Counted from the stretch's first letter, positions 1-14,562 are shown. The stretch: DNA of 64,000 nt from Rhynchobatus australiae (GCA_034780895.1 JAUZTB010000127.1:21349115-21413114); one strand, 5' to 3'. Notes: generated by a model from the sequence alone, not told the origin. A program made the numbers and translations.

Positions 1-374
1 TTCAGCAGTTTCCTGGCCAACACCCATTTCCTTCCTTTAAAGGATATTAGTGGCATACATACTTTTATGATGACCTGAAAGTTTTATAGTCACTTTTGCT
101 GATACCAAATTATTATCCTAAATTTAGAATAAAAGCCAAGTCACATTTGAAAATATATACATCTCAGGGTGACTAAGTCGGGTTATTGTGAGGTACAAGT
201 TATGGGCAGAGAGCACAGTTAAGTGGCATAGTTGAGTTACAGAATCATACAGCATGAAAATAGATGCTTTGGCCCATCATCTGAGAGCAGGCCATCACTT
301 CTATCATCCCATTTCCCAACATCTGTCCTGTACCCTTCTATCCCACTGCACTTCAAGGGCTCATTTTCCACCAT

Positions 375-915
375 TCGCCAGAATGTTACCTGAACTGGAG
401 AGCTGTAGTTATAAGGAGATTGGGTAGGCTGGGTTTATTCTCAGTGGAATGTAGGAAGCCGAGGGGTGACCTTATAAGGAGTTTATAAACTTATGAGTGG
501 CACAGATAGGGTAGATGGAATCTTGTTGACAAGGTAGGGAAGTCTAGAACTAGAGGGCACAGGTTTAACACGAGAGGGGAGAAACTTAAAGGAGATCTGA
601 GGGGTAAATTTTTCAGACAGAGGGGTGAATATCTGTACAAGCTGCCAGAGGTAGTGGAGGCACAGAACCTAGAACAGTACAGCACAGGAACAGGCCCTTC
701 AGCCCACCACGTCTGCATCAGCCATGATGCCAAGCTAAACTAATCCCATCTGCCTGCACTTGGCCCATATCCCTCTATTCCCTGCCTCTTCATTTGTCTG
801 TCTAAATGCCTCTTAAACACTGCTTTCATTTCCGCTTCCACCACCTCCCCAGGCAGCACATTCCAGGCATCTACCACTGTGTAAAAAGGAAACTTTCCCC
901 TCTCACCTTAAACCA
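375..915. mobile_element. Two CR1-type LINE 3' fragments in opposite orientation (~375-660 +, ~660-915 -)
   Basis: Degenerate CR1 ORF2 end (RLGLFS..RGDLI..TRGH..GxFFxQRVV) and a 3'UTR similar to other copies in the window. Confidence 0.75.
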
Positions 916-2164
916 AATAAGCTGAGGTTCCTTTATCAAGGCAGATAAAATTACAACATTCAGGTGTTTGGACTGGAAGGGNNNNNNNNNNNNNNNNNNN
1001 NNNNNNNNNNNNNNNNNNNNNNNNNNNNNNNNNNNNNNNNNNNNNNNNNNNNNNNNNNNNNNNNNNNNNNNNNNNNNNNNNNNNNNNNNNNNNNNNNNNN
1101 NNNNNNNNNNNNNNNNNNNNNNNNNNNNNNNNNNNNNNNNNNNNNNNNNNNNNNNNNNNNNNNNNNNNNNNNNNNNNNNNNNNNNNNNNNNNNNNNNNNN
1201 NNNNNNNNNNNNNNNNNNNNNNNNNNNNNNNNNNNNNNNNNNNNNNNNNNNNNNNNNNNNNNNNNNNNNNNNNNNNNNNNNNNNNNNNNNNNNNNNNNNN
1301 NNNNNNNNNNNNNNNNNNNNNNNNNNNNNNNNNNNNNNNNNNNNNNNNNNNNNNNNNNNNNNNNNNNNNNNNNNNNNNNNNNNNNNNNNNNNNNNNNNNN
1401 NNNNNNNNNNNNNNNNNNNNNNNNNNNNNNNNNNNNNNNNNNNNNNNNNNNNNNNNNNNNNNNNNNNNNNNNNNNNNNNNNNNNNNNNNNNNNNNNNNNN
1501 NNNNNNNNNNNNNNNNNNNNNNNNNNNNNNNNNNNNNNNNNNNNNNNNNNNNNNNNNNNNNNNNNNNNNNNNNNNNNNNNNNNNNNNNNNNNNNNNNNNN
1601 NNNNNNCGAGTTAGTTTAAACCAAATCTTTAAAGTAAATACAAACTACAAATTAGCAAATCCTACAATTCTACCAAAATCTTAAATCCTCCATCAGGGCA
1701 TCCCTGAGATCAGTCTTTTGAAGTGCATCAGCCTGTTCAATCTTTAAACAGTGGATCTAACCTCTTGGCTCTAGTATCACTCGTTAACCTGCGAGATCAG
1801 TAAGTGGCTGCCAAACGTCTCTAAATCTATCAACAGAACAGTATTTGTTACCAATTCCAGAGAAGCACAAATTTCAAAAAATAGTATTACCAAGTGAAGA
1901 CATCTATGTGAAAATTGCTCATTAGTTTAAAAATACCTGAAATCATGAGCGACAGTCTGGCAATGATTTCAGAAAAATGCAACTTTAGCCATCTTGCTCT
2001 TCCAAAATACACTTCATTAGGAGAGCATCAATAGACCAGCATGACACAGATTAGAGAGTCTAATGGCTTTGGTTGACCATATTATTTGAATTATGACATA
2101 TGAATGTTTTTTTAAAGTGAGGCTGTATTTATCATTTTCTTTGGTCAAATCCTAAAACAAGTTC

Positions 2165-2440
2165 ACAGAGGCACAAGAAACTGCAGATGCTGGAAATCTG
2201 GTGCAACACACAAAGGCACTGGAGGAATTCAGCGGGTCAGGCAGGGTCTATGGAGGGAAATGGATAGTGGACATTTCAGGTCAAGACCCTTCATCTGGAC
2301 TGGAAAGAAAGAAGGGGAATAGCCAGAATGAAAAGGTGGAGGGAAGGGGTGGAGCAAGAGCTGGCAGTGGATCCAAGTGAGGGAGGAGGGGGGTAATAGG
2401 CAGATGAGGGAGGGAGGAAAGTGAAAATAATGTCAGATTG
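2165..2440. mobile_element. Short Penelope-associated terminal fragment
   Basis: gaaactgcagatgctggaaatctg...gacatttcaggtcaagacccttcatc is shared with the end of the element at 25700-25830. Confidence 0.65.
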
Positions 2441-3214
2441 CATTAAATGTATTTGTTTAGATTTGTTGTTACTCGCCTGGGTGATAGTTTGTGGTCTTAT
2501 ATTCCGTATTTTTACCATCCTCAGTAAAATTGTTCCTCCTACATTGCAGCTCCCAACAACTGAAGCCTCGCCGCTATCAAGTAGTTAGAAGAACTTTTCA
2601 TTGTTTCCGAATGTTACTGCTGATAAGAGATATTTGGAAATAGTTGAATAATTGTTTTAAAATTGGGGGGGGGGGGGGGAAGCGCAGTAGCCTGTTGTCG
2701 AATGATTAAAAGAACATAACATATCAAAAGAAGTGAAATTAAAAAAAACTTTCAACTGAAGGGAAGCAAACCTTGTCAAATAAGCGAGGCTACTCTGGGT
2801 ACAAAGTACGGGAGGGAGAAACTCAGTATATCCGGCACTTGGCTCAGTAACTTAAGGTCCGCCCCTACACCCAACAGTGAGACAAGGTGCAGGGAGGTCA
2901 GATTTCCAACTCACTGCCGACTTGCACGCTGCAAGCCTGGAACACGCTTCCACTAAACCGGTGTTACCGGGCGGGATGGGTATCGTCTCCGCACCAACTT
3001 TATCAAATCCTTCCATGTTCATAAAAACATTACAGCTCAGATACCCCTTTCTACAGAACAAAAAGAAGCCAGAATACACAGGGCTTCTAGCAACCAGTAT
3101 CTTTGTGAATGTTTATTTTGTACCTGTACCCCCATGGCCTTTTTATAGTATTTCCATATTTCTTTCTGGTACGAGTTCACTTCGGCCTGTGGTGTCCACG
3201 CCAGTTCAAGGAGC

Positions 3215-3450
3215 AATCCCATTCTCCACATGTTTCCATGTAACCCCAGATTACCATCAACGCCATCAGATTCTGCAACTCAACTACACACGAGGGGCAA
3301 TTTGCAGCAGCCAGTTAACGCACCCACGCCAGTTTGGGGCGTGGAAGGAAACCCACAGAGGCACAAGGAGTGCGAGCAAACTCCACGCAGAAAGCTCGAG
3401 AGGTCGGGGCTGTACCCGATAAACAGGCTGCAGCTCCACGAACTGTGCCA
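3215..3450 (-). mobile_element. Degenerate V-SINE (HE1-like)
   Basis: Similar to the reverse complement of the SINE at 56695 (ggaaggaaacccac...gcaaactccac). Confidence 0.55.
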
Positions 3451-5603
3451 CCCCACACTTTGTATTGGAGATCAGAACCGTGTACAGTGTTCCTTATGGT
3501 CCTAAAGCGGCTCTATACAAATTTAACAATGTCCAAGAAAATCTCCAGTGCCTTTTAGAGAACTCCACTGTGATGCTGCGTGGGGTGGTGCTGGAACCCA
3601 CCCCTGTCCCGGCTCCAGCAGCCATGTCCTATTGCACACGAGTGCCAGGGTGTCTTACACAACCCGGTCTTGCAAAAGTAAATCTTTTAAAAAGTGATGT
3701 AAGAGTTGAAGTCGCGGGCCATGATATTTCACATCTTTCGGGAATGCTGGGCAATGCCTTAAGTAATCTTTAGAACATGCTCATAAGGCACCTCCTGAAG
3801 ACTCACTCACCTGAATCCGCTGAAGAAAATGAGGGTATGACTTCACGCTCCAAAGCCAACATCCTTGCACCCCATCATAACTGCAGGAACCTTCACAGTC
3901 ACATTAAATGCAGTCTCAAATTTTAGGTTTCCTCTGTAGCAAACTGAGTTGTTGCAAAAGTCAGATTGAGTGACTGGGTACTTTCTTCATGGCTATTGAG
4001 CCATAAAGATTAAGACCAAAGCAGGTAGGAGGCTAAACTTTTTAAAAGCCGACACAAGGAGCACATCAACTGCATTTGGTAAATCAGAAGAGGTTATGGA
4101 ATGCAACATGCAAGAAGACAGATTTGATACAAATATAACATCAGCTTTCTCTGGTGGCCAGTCCAATAGTAGCCTCCGCTCTCTTCTGAATCACTGAGCT
4201 GATGGTGTATTGAACAGCACGGGTCTGTTAGTGAAAGCACAATGTGTGCCACCTGGTCACGCAGAGGGCAAGAAATACTAGATAGAGCCTTGCAATGCTT
4301 TTGTGTGATATGTCTGCCATAATGAATGATATGAGGTGTGCATGCATGAGCTTGCTGTAAAATGAAAGTGTTGGAGTAGTGGTAATTGATAGGTGCAATA
4401 TGTATGGTGCCTCTTGGCATCTTTAAGATTGTTAGGTGAGCAATGAAAGTGCAAAGTATGGGGAAACCTGGACGGCTGGTGGTGCAGTCATTGAGATAAG
4501 AGATTTGTTGATGTGTTCATTGACCTGGAACACACGAGAAGTAAAATACTTGAGACTGCATTCAGGACATGGGTACTTAACCTCAGCAACCACTACCTAT
4601 CACTGATACTGCACAATAGATCTTGTTAGTTTTCTCATTCCCTGGGCAGATATGATCCCTCTCTCTCTTCTGCTTAAATATCCAGAGATGACAAAATCAG
4701 AATACCTGCTTTAATCCCTGCTCTGCCACAGTATCCTTTTAAAGATCCAAAACATATAGAAATCTTTCAATACCAGCCACAGGTATTTAGTACTTTCAAG
4801 CAGGTGCAGTCATGGTTTCAAAGAGCAGCAGTTACGTTCACCTGATGTGAATGATTGAAATTGCACCTAATGAATAAATGTTAATGAGATAAATAGCCAA
4901 GTTACTGCTTGCTAAATATTGCAATGGTATAATTGAGGTAGAAGCACAAATTTCAGGTGATTCTGCATGGGGTCAAACCAGCACAGATTACTTATGCATC
5001 ACCATTACAGAATAATTCAATTCTCCAACTCTCCATTAACTATTGGAGTAGAGATACCATACAGAGGTCCCAACTCGCTGCTCAAGTGAATTTATGGCAT
5101 GTAGGGAGATTGCCTGGGTGACTTGGCCAACAATGTTCCCTTGCCCAACAAGATCAGATTAACTAATTACTTGTTCATGAAACCTCGTGCACATATCGTT
5201 GATATATTCTTGCTTCAAATAGTGACTGGATCTTAAATAATTGCTTGCACAGCACTTTGGAAAGCCCCAAGGATATAAAAACATTATACAATATGAACTC
5301 ATTCTTCTAATAACTGCAAATCAATCTGATAAAGTTACAAGTATTAATATCTTCCAATACTCAACCTTTATCTTAATCAGCCAACCAATGGGAATTTTTT
5401 TTTCCTCTCACAGACTAGATACCTCCCAGGAAGGCCTGTTCACACTTTGTTGTTCTTACCCGATTTTGCCATGACCTTCTGAATGGATGACGACTCAACA
5501 GCTCTAACTATTAATCCACCTCAAAATAAGAGCATATTTAAAATTTTAAATTTAGTATGAACATTAAAATATTGATTTTGCNNNNNNNNNNTTCAAAATA
5601 AAA

Positions 5604-5609
5604 TTTATT
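5604..5609 (-). terminator. Candidate distal poly(A) signal of PGAP6 (would imply a ~3.6 kb 3'UTR)
   Basis: AATAAA on the - strand at the end of a long AT-rich, repeat-poor tract downstream of the stop. Other proximal signals are possible. Confidence 0.3.
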
Positions 5610-7254
5610 ATAAGCTGGTATTTCATATTATAAATTACATGATACAAAGCTTCGACCATTAAACTGCATTCATACACAATTATGATTTAAATACATTATC
5701 CCAAAATATAAATTCCCATTTAAGGCGATCTAAATGTGCACAGCAAAATATGTATTATGATATATATAGTTACATAAAAATAAATAAGAGTTTATATCAG
5801 AATAAATTCAACAGTTTAATATGAAACTTCTATTTTCTCACCCGCAAATTATAGTACATAGAATCTTTGCTATTATATACACATAAGAAAATATCAGTTG
5901 AACAGAACATACATGGCGCATCAAGTTTTTTCAGGGTTTTTTTGGAATAAAAGCTGTTTTCCTTCCATTAAATATCACCTTTACAAAAAGTAGTCAGTTA
6001 TGCAGTCCTGATTCCAAACACTAGTTCACAATTAATGCAGCATATAGGTCTTAGTTTAATTTAAATAGTAGTCTAACTAAAACATTTACAAACACAGATA
6101 AAACATAGCACAGCAGCATTTCATATTCAAGTTTCTTTATAAAATNNNNNNNNNNNNNNNNNNNNNNNNNNNNNNNNNNNNNNNNNNNNNNNNNNNNNNN
6201 NNAAGCACCACCGGGCTGCTTAGGAGCTCATGATAAAAATCATTTGATGGAAATTGTTTAGGGAAAACAGAGTGAACCAATTCAAAACCACAAATTAAGC
6301 TCCAGATTGTGTATCAATGCAATCTATCTAGATCTTTATGAAATAAATAGCTGGTTAGTGCTGGTTAAATTAATATGTCCTAACATATTTATATTGTTGC
6401 TCACTAACAAGTGTGTCAGGAGCTTTTCCCCCCAAAAATAGCAAACCTCAAAAAGGAGACCATAACTCGAGAAAAAAGTTTTCTTAAAATGCTGTGTTTT
6501 GCTTTGAAGAAATTTTGAGCAATTTCTGCTACTAAATAGATGTGTGGTACCAGAGAAAAACTTCATTTTTGAAAAGATTGAGACAAGTTATAGATATTAT
6601 AGCAGACCAGTAATAATTGAAGTAGGGAAAATAAATTAATTTCAGTATCCCTAGAAGTAAATGTGGTTCTACAGAAGAACTGGCAAATTTCATTATAATA
6701 TTTGTGATTATACACATTATGAAATTCAAGTTTTATTTTTACTCTAACACACATGTATTTCATACCCAAATATCTTTCATGTCCTGTATAACCTTTGATC
6801 TAACTCAGGATCTACTCTGCCTAAGATGCAAATTAATTTAATTTAGAAAAGACAGCCATCTCCTATACAGCTTTTAGTTTATACAATTCAACATTTGCAA
6901 ATATTCATACTCTACAGATTTTAGCACTTGCACCTAGATAAAATTCCATTTGGAAGACTTGATAATTCAGCCCAACAGGAATTCTGCAAGAATGTAGAAT
7001 AAAACAATTCCCTTGCAGATAGTTCAGTCAATAATACATCACCATGGGCTTAAATTGCTAAAGTGTGATATTTCTACCAATAAAGCCATGATCAGATACT
7101 AAACACTCTAAAGAAGAAAATTCATGTACTTATGTCTGAGATATATTCTAGTATTTACTTAGCAGTAGTCTTCAATGCCAGTCCTTTATAGCCATTTTGA
7201 AGATAACTATATTTGGGTGGTAAATTTTTCATAGAAATTATTGTAATATTAAAC

Positions 7255-7585
7255 ATTCACTGCCTCCACCAAAGGCTGCAATGTGTTCCATCTGGAAAAT
7301 GCATTGCAGAAACTCACCAAGGCTAGTTCAACTCCCAAACCCTTTTCCTTTAACACATGGAATGAAAAGTACAGAAGGGACATAGGAACACCACTTGCAA
7401 GTTTTCCTTCGTCACACACCATCCTCGCTGGATCTGAATCCAGGAACTCCCCAATGAAAAACACCCCAAGAGTACTGTCATCCAAAAGATGCCGTGACTC
7501 AAGATGGCAACTCACCACCATCTTCAAAGGAAATTTGAGAAAGACACTAAATGCTTGCTACGCCAGTGGCATGCTCACCAATAAA
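7255..7585 (+). mobile_element. Non-LTR retrotransposon 3' fragment (family unassigned); related copy at ~42520-42970
   Basis: Shared blocks gtcacacaccatcct...ttcaag...aaatgctggc between the two loci. Confidence 0.55.
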
Positions 7586-9167
7586 TTAATTAAAAGAAAA
7601 ACCTTAAAAATGCAAGGTTGCACATTGCTGGCCACCCAGTCAACAGGAGTGAATTTACTCCTTTTATTTAATTGTTAAAAATCCTGTCTCTATAATATTT
7701 TAAAATAGTATGGTGTGTGCAGGTAGTTATGAACAATACTCTTAGTACATCGTATAATGAAAACTGAAATAAATAATCAACTTTGAATAATTAGAATCAT
7801 TAGTTATAAGATTCTCATAAGTGGGAAATACGTAGTTGAAAACTGAAGCATCTCTTGAAAAAGGCTCCCAGTCATGTCCAGAAAAAACATTAAATAATTT
7901 TTTCCAAAATATTGCAACATTTTCATGCATGGATTGATCCTGTTTAAAAACTAAAACACTATAACATGCAATTTTCTTCCATGCTCTGCTGCAGTTGTCA
8001 ATGGTTACCTCCAGCAAGTGACCAAGAGGCAGGCAGACTGCTTTTTTGTTAAATATATACATGTATCCGGGACCTTGAAACACATTAGTTGTAACATAGC
8101 ACAACTTACTCAAAATATTTTCAAGATAGAGAATTTAGCCAGACAACTCTTCTTTTGGTGGGGAGGGAAGAAATGTAAATGAATTTCAATGTGCCAGCCC
8201 CCAATTAAATGGATAGTCCAAAAGGAATAAATCAACACTTCAGTTTTCTTTTTAAAAAAAGGTGCTAAATAAATAATATGCCTAATTAAAATCACTTTCA
8301 GTTCTTTGGTGTCTAAAGAAAAATAGCTACTTNNNNNNNNNNNNNNNNNNNNNNNNNNNNNNNNNNNNNNNNNNNNNNNNNNNNNNNNNNNNNNNNNNNN
8401 NNNNNNNNNNNNNNNNNNNNNNNNNNNNNNNNACCAATCTTGAAATTACAAGTGGGGCAAAAGAAATTGCTATCGACTGGCACTGAAACAATCTTTGCAA
8501 CAATGTGCAAAAAAAATGACAATGATTCATTGCTGTCTTTTAGTCCTTTCAAAAAACTGTAGTAATTCAGTAAATGATATCACTAAAAATTGCAAAGCAA
8601 TATTGTAATATACAACTCAGTGGTCTAGGTTTCCAGGGAAATATTGAGGCCTGATAACACTCGCAGACCTCTCTGCGTTGAAAAATAGCTACTGTAGTAA
8701 TGCAACCCACTAGTTAATAACCTACTAGCCTGAATCTTCCCTTACACTGCCTTTGTAACAAATGATAAATTCTCAGGTGTTTTCTTAAAAATGAAGACTT
8801 TAGGTATCTCCAACAAGAATACACTTTTGTATTCTGAATAATAGAAAATAAAATTAATCAAGTTGTAATAGATTGTTTTTGCCAATATTACTATAGACCA
8901 AACAAGTGCATTCAACTACCTTTTTGTTAAGGAAAACATCTGATGCTTCTTATTTTAGGTATAAAAATCTATTTGGCATCTTGCAGAAAAAAGTCAAAAA
9001 TGAATTAAATGACTGAATCATTTTTACAGAAATTTAAAACATATTTTGTGGTCATTATTTTACCACTGCTTTTAAAACTTAACAACTGAAAACAATTTAA
9101 GAATACATTCTTTTTATAAAAATAATCTGTTTCCTCCGAATAAGCAAATATAGCTAAATTGACCCAT

Positions 9168-9464
9168 TCAACAAACAACGTACAAGTCTTCTTCTACATT
9201 AGAACAAATCTGGTATCCACATGTGACCTTACGTGTCCAGAGCCACAGGCTTATGTGTTTTTTACCTGGTGGTAACAAAAATACCACACTTCCAGCTACA
9301 AGGATATGCCAAATGCTGTGTGTGTAATAATAGTTCTCCTTTGTCTCCAGAAATCCATATACAGCAATAGCAATTAATGCTGCACCTATTCCTGGCAATA
9401 AGAAAAACACCCAGCGCTTCCATGTCGGAGGATAGCAATGCCGGCGTTTCACACACTGAGACAC
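9168..9464 (-). CDS. PGAP6: PGAP6 terminal coding exon 13
   Basis: cctttcag|VSQCVKRRHCYPPTWKRW...ENYYYTHSIWHIL...EEDLYVVC-stop. Contains the CREST-family HxxWH motif. Confidence 0.97.
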   Translation of the reverse strand: MSQCVKRRHCYPPTWKRWVFFLLPGIGAALIAIAVYGFLETKENYYYTHSIWHILVAGSVVFLLPPGKKHISLWLWTRKVTCGYQICSNVEEDLYVVC

Positions 9465-10789
9465 CTGAAAGGGATGAAACAAAAATTATGCTGTTGCCTC
9501 ATTAGTAACCATTTAATATTTAAATTAAAAACCTGCAAAATGCTGAGGATTTATTTGCTCCACTCAAAAATCTGATGAATACACAATCCCAATAATACCA
9601 GTGAATAAATGGAACTCTCCTTCATGGATTCCAGCAAAGTATTTCACTTGAACATATTCAGCACAAGGCAAAACTGCAAACATGTGAACTGATCCTTAAA
9701 CAATACAAATCTCAATTGTCTATTATAGTAAAATACCAAGCGTTTCAGAGAAAAACAAGAGAAGCAGATGTCAAGCCAAATAAGGAGCAGGAGGAGGGAC
9801 TGAAAACAAAGAAGCTGATTTTATGGATCAGTTTGAGAGTTATCAATCCAACGAAAATAGAGATGATGGACAGGTGCCATGTTGAATACAGGGAACAGAA
9901 TCTTGGAGGAACTGGTATTTATGTAGATGAGCAAGTGAGCTTTGTCAATTCTAGACTAAACTCTTTCAAAAGGAAATATGAATTCAGTGGCTGAGAGAGA
10001 GAGGCAGCAGCAAGTAACATTGTAGCTTTGTAGAAAGATGCAAGTTTGGAAATTCTCTTACTGTCAGTGGATCTGTGTGAGGGTGATGTTAGCCAGGACT
10101 GGAAGCTGGGAGAGGGGAGCACAGCAGAGTTGCATTCAGATGAGTCTCCACAAGTTGTAATTGTGACAACCATTACCAAACAGGTGGCAGAAATTTGGTA
10201 CTTTTCATCAAAAGGCAACTGTTACTGGGTTAAACGTTCATTTTCAATGTGTGATTTTAATACTTTTGATTCCAAAAACATAAAAGATGTTAAGGAGCTA
10301 ATGTGGATAAGTGTAATTAGATGACAACTTGACTGTTATCCAACTTAACAGCTGAGTAGGCTCAAGGGCATCAAATAGCCTACTCCATTTTCCTAAGCAG
10401 TCTGATAGAGACACAAACAAAAGGTCAAGAAAGATAGCAGAGATGTATGGCTCAGTACTCGATTGAAAGCTAATCCTAGGATTTTCTCAATCACTCTTAC
10501 AACTCAGCTTTTGTCATGCCCTCAAGAAAACCCTTCACCACATTTTAATTACTCTTTCATTATAGACTTTCAAGGGCAAAACTTGAGTGCATCCAATAAT
10601 ACAACAGACAACTGCTTTATCACTGCAACAAACTATTGCTGGTGTTGAACTTAGCTTTAAATTCTTCTTATAAGGAAGTGGTCCAAAATTATTTAAGAGA
10701 CATTTCAGAGAATAGAAAGGTCACAGAAAACAAGAGACTTTATATGCAGGAACCAGTTTAGGGAGACAAAGATTACAAACCAGATTCAT

Positions 10790-11880
10790 AGATTCCTACG
10801 GCCATACAGTACGGAAACTGGCCATTCAGCCCAGCTCGTCCATGCCAACCAAGATGCCCATCACCACAAATCTAATTGCCTGCATTTGACCCATTTCTGT
10901 CTAAATCTTTCCTCTCCATATACCTCCAAATAACTTTCATACAGTATGTGTGATTGTACCTGCCTCTACCACCTCATTTGGCAGCTCGTTGCACATACTC
11001 TCCACCCTCTGTATGGAGAAACTTGCCCCACAGATATCCTTTCAATCTTTCCCCTCTCACCTTAAATCTATGCCTTCTAGTTTTAGACTTCCCTACCTGG
11101 GAAAAAGATTGACGATATACCCTATGGCCCTCATTATTTTATAAACCCCTACAAGGTCACCCCTCAGGCACCTTCACTCCAGGGAAAACTGTCCCAGTCT
11201 ATCCAATTTCTCCTTATTACTTAAGCCCCCCTTTATAGGCAACATCGTTGTGAATATTTTCTGCACCCTATCTAGCTCAATCATGTTCTTCCTATAGCAT
11301 TGCGACCAGAACTGCATACAGTACTTTAAGTGCAGCCGAACCAATGACTTGTACAACTGTAACATGACATTTCAACTTCTATACTCAATGTTTCTGCCAA
11401 TGAAAGCAAACATGCTATATGCCTTCTTCTCCACTCTGTCCAACTGTGTAGCTACTTCCAAGGAACTTGTACCCCTTGGTTGGCTGTTCTTCAACACTCC
11501 CCAGGGCCCTGCCATTCACTGTGCACATCCTGGCCTGGTTCAACTTTCCAAATTACATCACTTCACAAGTTAAATTCCAGCCATTCCCTTGCCCACTTTC
11601 CCAGTTGATTGAGATCCTGTTGTAACCTTAAACAATCTTCATCGCTGTCCACTATACCACCAATGTTGGTGTCATTTGCAAACTTAATAATCATGCCCTG
11701 ACATTCTCTTCCAAATCATTCATACAAATGACAAAACAATAAAAGACCCAGCACCACTCCCCATGGAACACCACTAGTTGCAGTTTTCCAATTCAGAAAA
11801 ACCACCCTCCACTGCCACCTCTATCTCCTACAACCAAACCAATTTTGTTTCCAACATGCATTTTAACCTTCTGGACCATA
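10790..11880 (-). mobile_element. CR1-type LINE fragment
   Basis: Degenerate ORF2 peptide LYKSLVRLHLKYCMQFWS..LDRVQK..LDRLG plus 3'UTR. Confidence 0.88.
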
Positions 11881-13357
11881 AAGAGAGATACAAAAGGAAC
11901 TGAAGATAAAGTCTGAATAACTGAACATGACAGCCAGTGAAAAGTGTGAGAGTATAAAGGAAGTACATTCCAGGAAGAACTGCTGTGCTGTGGTAGGCCT
12001 AGACTTTAATGAAAGTAAAATAGGAAACTAGGGAGCTAAGTCCAATATAGATGACTTAGGATCAAGGATCATCATCAGGTCAAGTTAATGATAGTGAAAG
12101 GCCAGAAGATGGCATTAACTAAAGTGTACAGAGTGACCAACTATCAGTCAAGTTTCCAACCTAGGAATTCATAATAATAATCCACCAGAAAGCAACAGGC
12201 ATTCCAATGAACATCCTGATTTGAGAGTTAGCAAATGTTGCGCAAGGACATGAGAGTGGGGTAGTGATTGTTTAACCAGTTACAGAGCCCAAGTAGGATG
12301 ATCACCTTCCCAAAGTGATACAAAGCTAGTCACATGTCAGTTACAAAAAGTAGGGTTCAGCCTGGCTGGCATTAGTGGAACATCCTAGGACTTCACTCAG
12401 ATCACAGTTTAATAGTGTAGAGGTTCTTTTCACATGCAGGCTCTCATCAAGAGGTACTGTGCCATCATCACTCCTAGCAAGTACCAACCTATCTGTCAAT
12501 GCTGTCTGAAGCTGGCAGTATGGAAGCAGACTGCCACATTACACAACTGATGCAAATGGATCTTGAGGGCTGCCATATGTCACCCAACATCATCATTTTG
12601 CTTTTCCAAATCTGCTGCAACGCTGTCTCAGTCCGAAGCTACAGTAATCCCCTGCCACTTATGGTGGGGAAATTCAGCAAACCTGTACCAGGTTGAACAT
12701 AGTGCAGAAATGGAATTCCATTGATTTCAACAGAGATGAAAATATGGAAAGAACCAAAGCAGTCAATTGTTTGAGTTTTTATAACTACTTAAGCATCTAA
12801 GGAATTTAAGGAATATCTCTCTCTCTCTATTAAATTGTCTTAACAATTTGAATAGTTTCTAAAATAGCATTTTAAACACATTTTAAATGTTTCATAATAG
12901 TTTTTAATAAAACTGGCCAAAGCCAGAGGTCTTAGCTTAGCCAGAGGTAACAGCTTTTAGTGTTGATGAGTGGGACCTATTTTGGATCCACTTAAATGAT
13001 GAAGTTAGTTACATGGCAGAAGGACCTGACATCACTGAAGTGATGGAAACAGTTCTGGATCACAAGTTCAAATAGGAGAAGCATACAGCACAAGTGTAAA
13101 ATTTAATTTGTAATTAGCATGAAATGGATACAGCTCAAAGAATATAAATTTTGGCCAATATATAATCAATCTCAATTGTTGTTGTGAGATCATGAATTAA
13201 TCTTCTTAGGTCAGAACTCTCCTGACCAAATAGGAGCAGGTGATTACCTCAATTCCAAGGTGCTTTAAGTTATATTTTTCCATCCACTAATTTTGATCAA
13301 AATCATAAAATTTGTCATTTTTTTTTAAAACAACTTAATATACAAGATTACACTCAC

Positions 13358-13474
13358 CCATGCAACCACCATGATCCCCAGGGCAACAAGGCAAGGCCCC
13401 AGTAAGTTCCAAAGACCACGGCGATCTAATTGCATTGACATAGCAATCAATAAGGAGCCAAGAATAAAAAGCAC
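13358..13474 (-). CDS. PGAP6: PGAP6 exon 12
   Basis: tcaaag|VLFILGSLLIAMSMQLDRRGLWNLLGPCL...AW|gtgagt. Confidence 0.96.
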
Positions 13475-14562
13475 CTTTGATAATAAAAGCAAAAGTTTAA
13501 TGTAAATTTGCAGTTTTCTACAATATGTTAAAAATAATAAGATATTAATCTGAACCATTGACCTTTGATCTCTCTTCTTCAAAACATGCAAGTAACTCTC
13601 CAATATCCAATTTCAAGAAAAATGAGGACCATTGACTTGTGTTAGATCATAANNNNNNNNNNAATTACAAAAGACCATCTTCTACAAATATTTCTCTGGC
13701 TCATCACTATGAATTATTTCTATAAGAGGACATGCGCTATACTTCTATGCATTAACTCACATAGCCCTATATCTACTTGCAAGGCAGAGTAACTAAATCC
13801 AATGAAAATAATTTCTTTTGGGATCTGGACTGGAAATTCATTTCATTTGCTTTCTGTTTCTTCAATTTTCCTGAAGTTAGTCCAAGTACTTGGTGAGACA
13901 TAGCCAGATGGTAGGGTAAAAAAGTGATAAAACTGAACAGCAATTCAAAACAGACAAAGACCAATTCAACTTGATCTATAAAGCTTAATTTCATTGTGTA
14001 CAATATGAATACACATGCCACCACCCACCACCGCCCCACACACTAGCTTGACTTGTCAGACTTCAATAACTCACATCAAGATAACAACTTAGGCACATGT
14101 AAAATTCTCTGGACTTCACTGAACAAACTCAACTGCTTTTACAACTTTCCTGCATTGAGAGATTTGACAGAGCCCAAAAAGGGAAACAAGCCCATGGAAC
14201 CTACCACTGGATAGCAATTTGGTTTGAACAGTTTGTTGCCTTAACTAATTGCTCATTGTCCATGAGAAACAAAAATGCATATTATATCTAAAAGAGTTCC
14301 TTCAGAGCTCATGAAGAGTCCTTTTGCAGGGTTTTGACCTGAAACGTCAACAATTTCTTTCCTCCCACAGATGCTGCATGGCCTGCTGAGTTCCTCCAGC
14401 ATATTGTTTATTGCTGCATATTATATCTAATGGTCTCAGTGATTCATAACAATGCATTAAGTATTGAAACATTTTAATAACTCAACATGCAAGATATTTC
14501 TGTCGAAAGACGATTTTTTAAAAAAAACAAATACCCTTTCAAAAATAATTGTTAATACTTAC

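Noticed and set aside
2877-3773. 181-aa and 102-aa + strand ORFs
   Set aside because: Non-ATG starts, the first overlaps a SINE remnant, and no recognisable domain.
3811-3862. Possible first coding exon of MRPL28
   Set aside because: The peptide does not resemble the MPLHKYP N-terminus of MRPL28.
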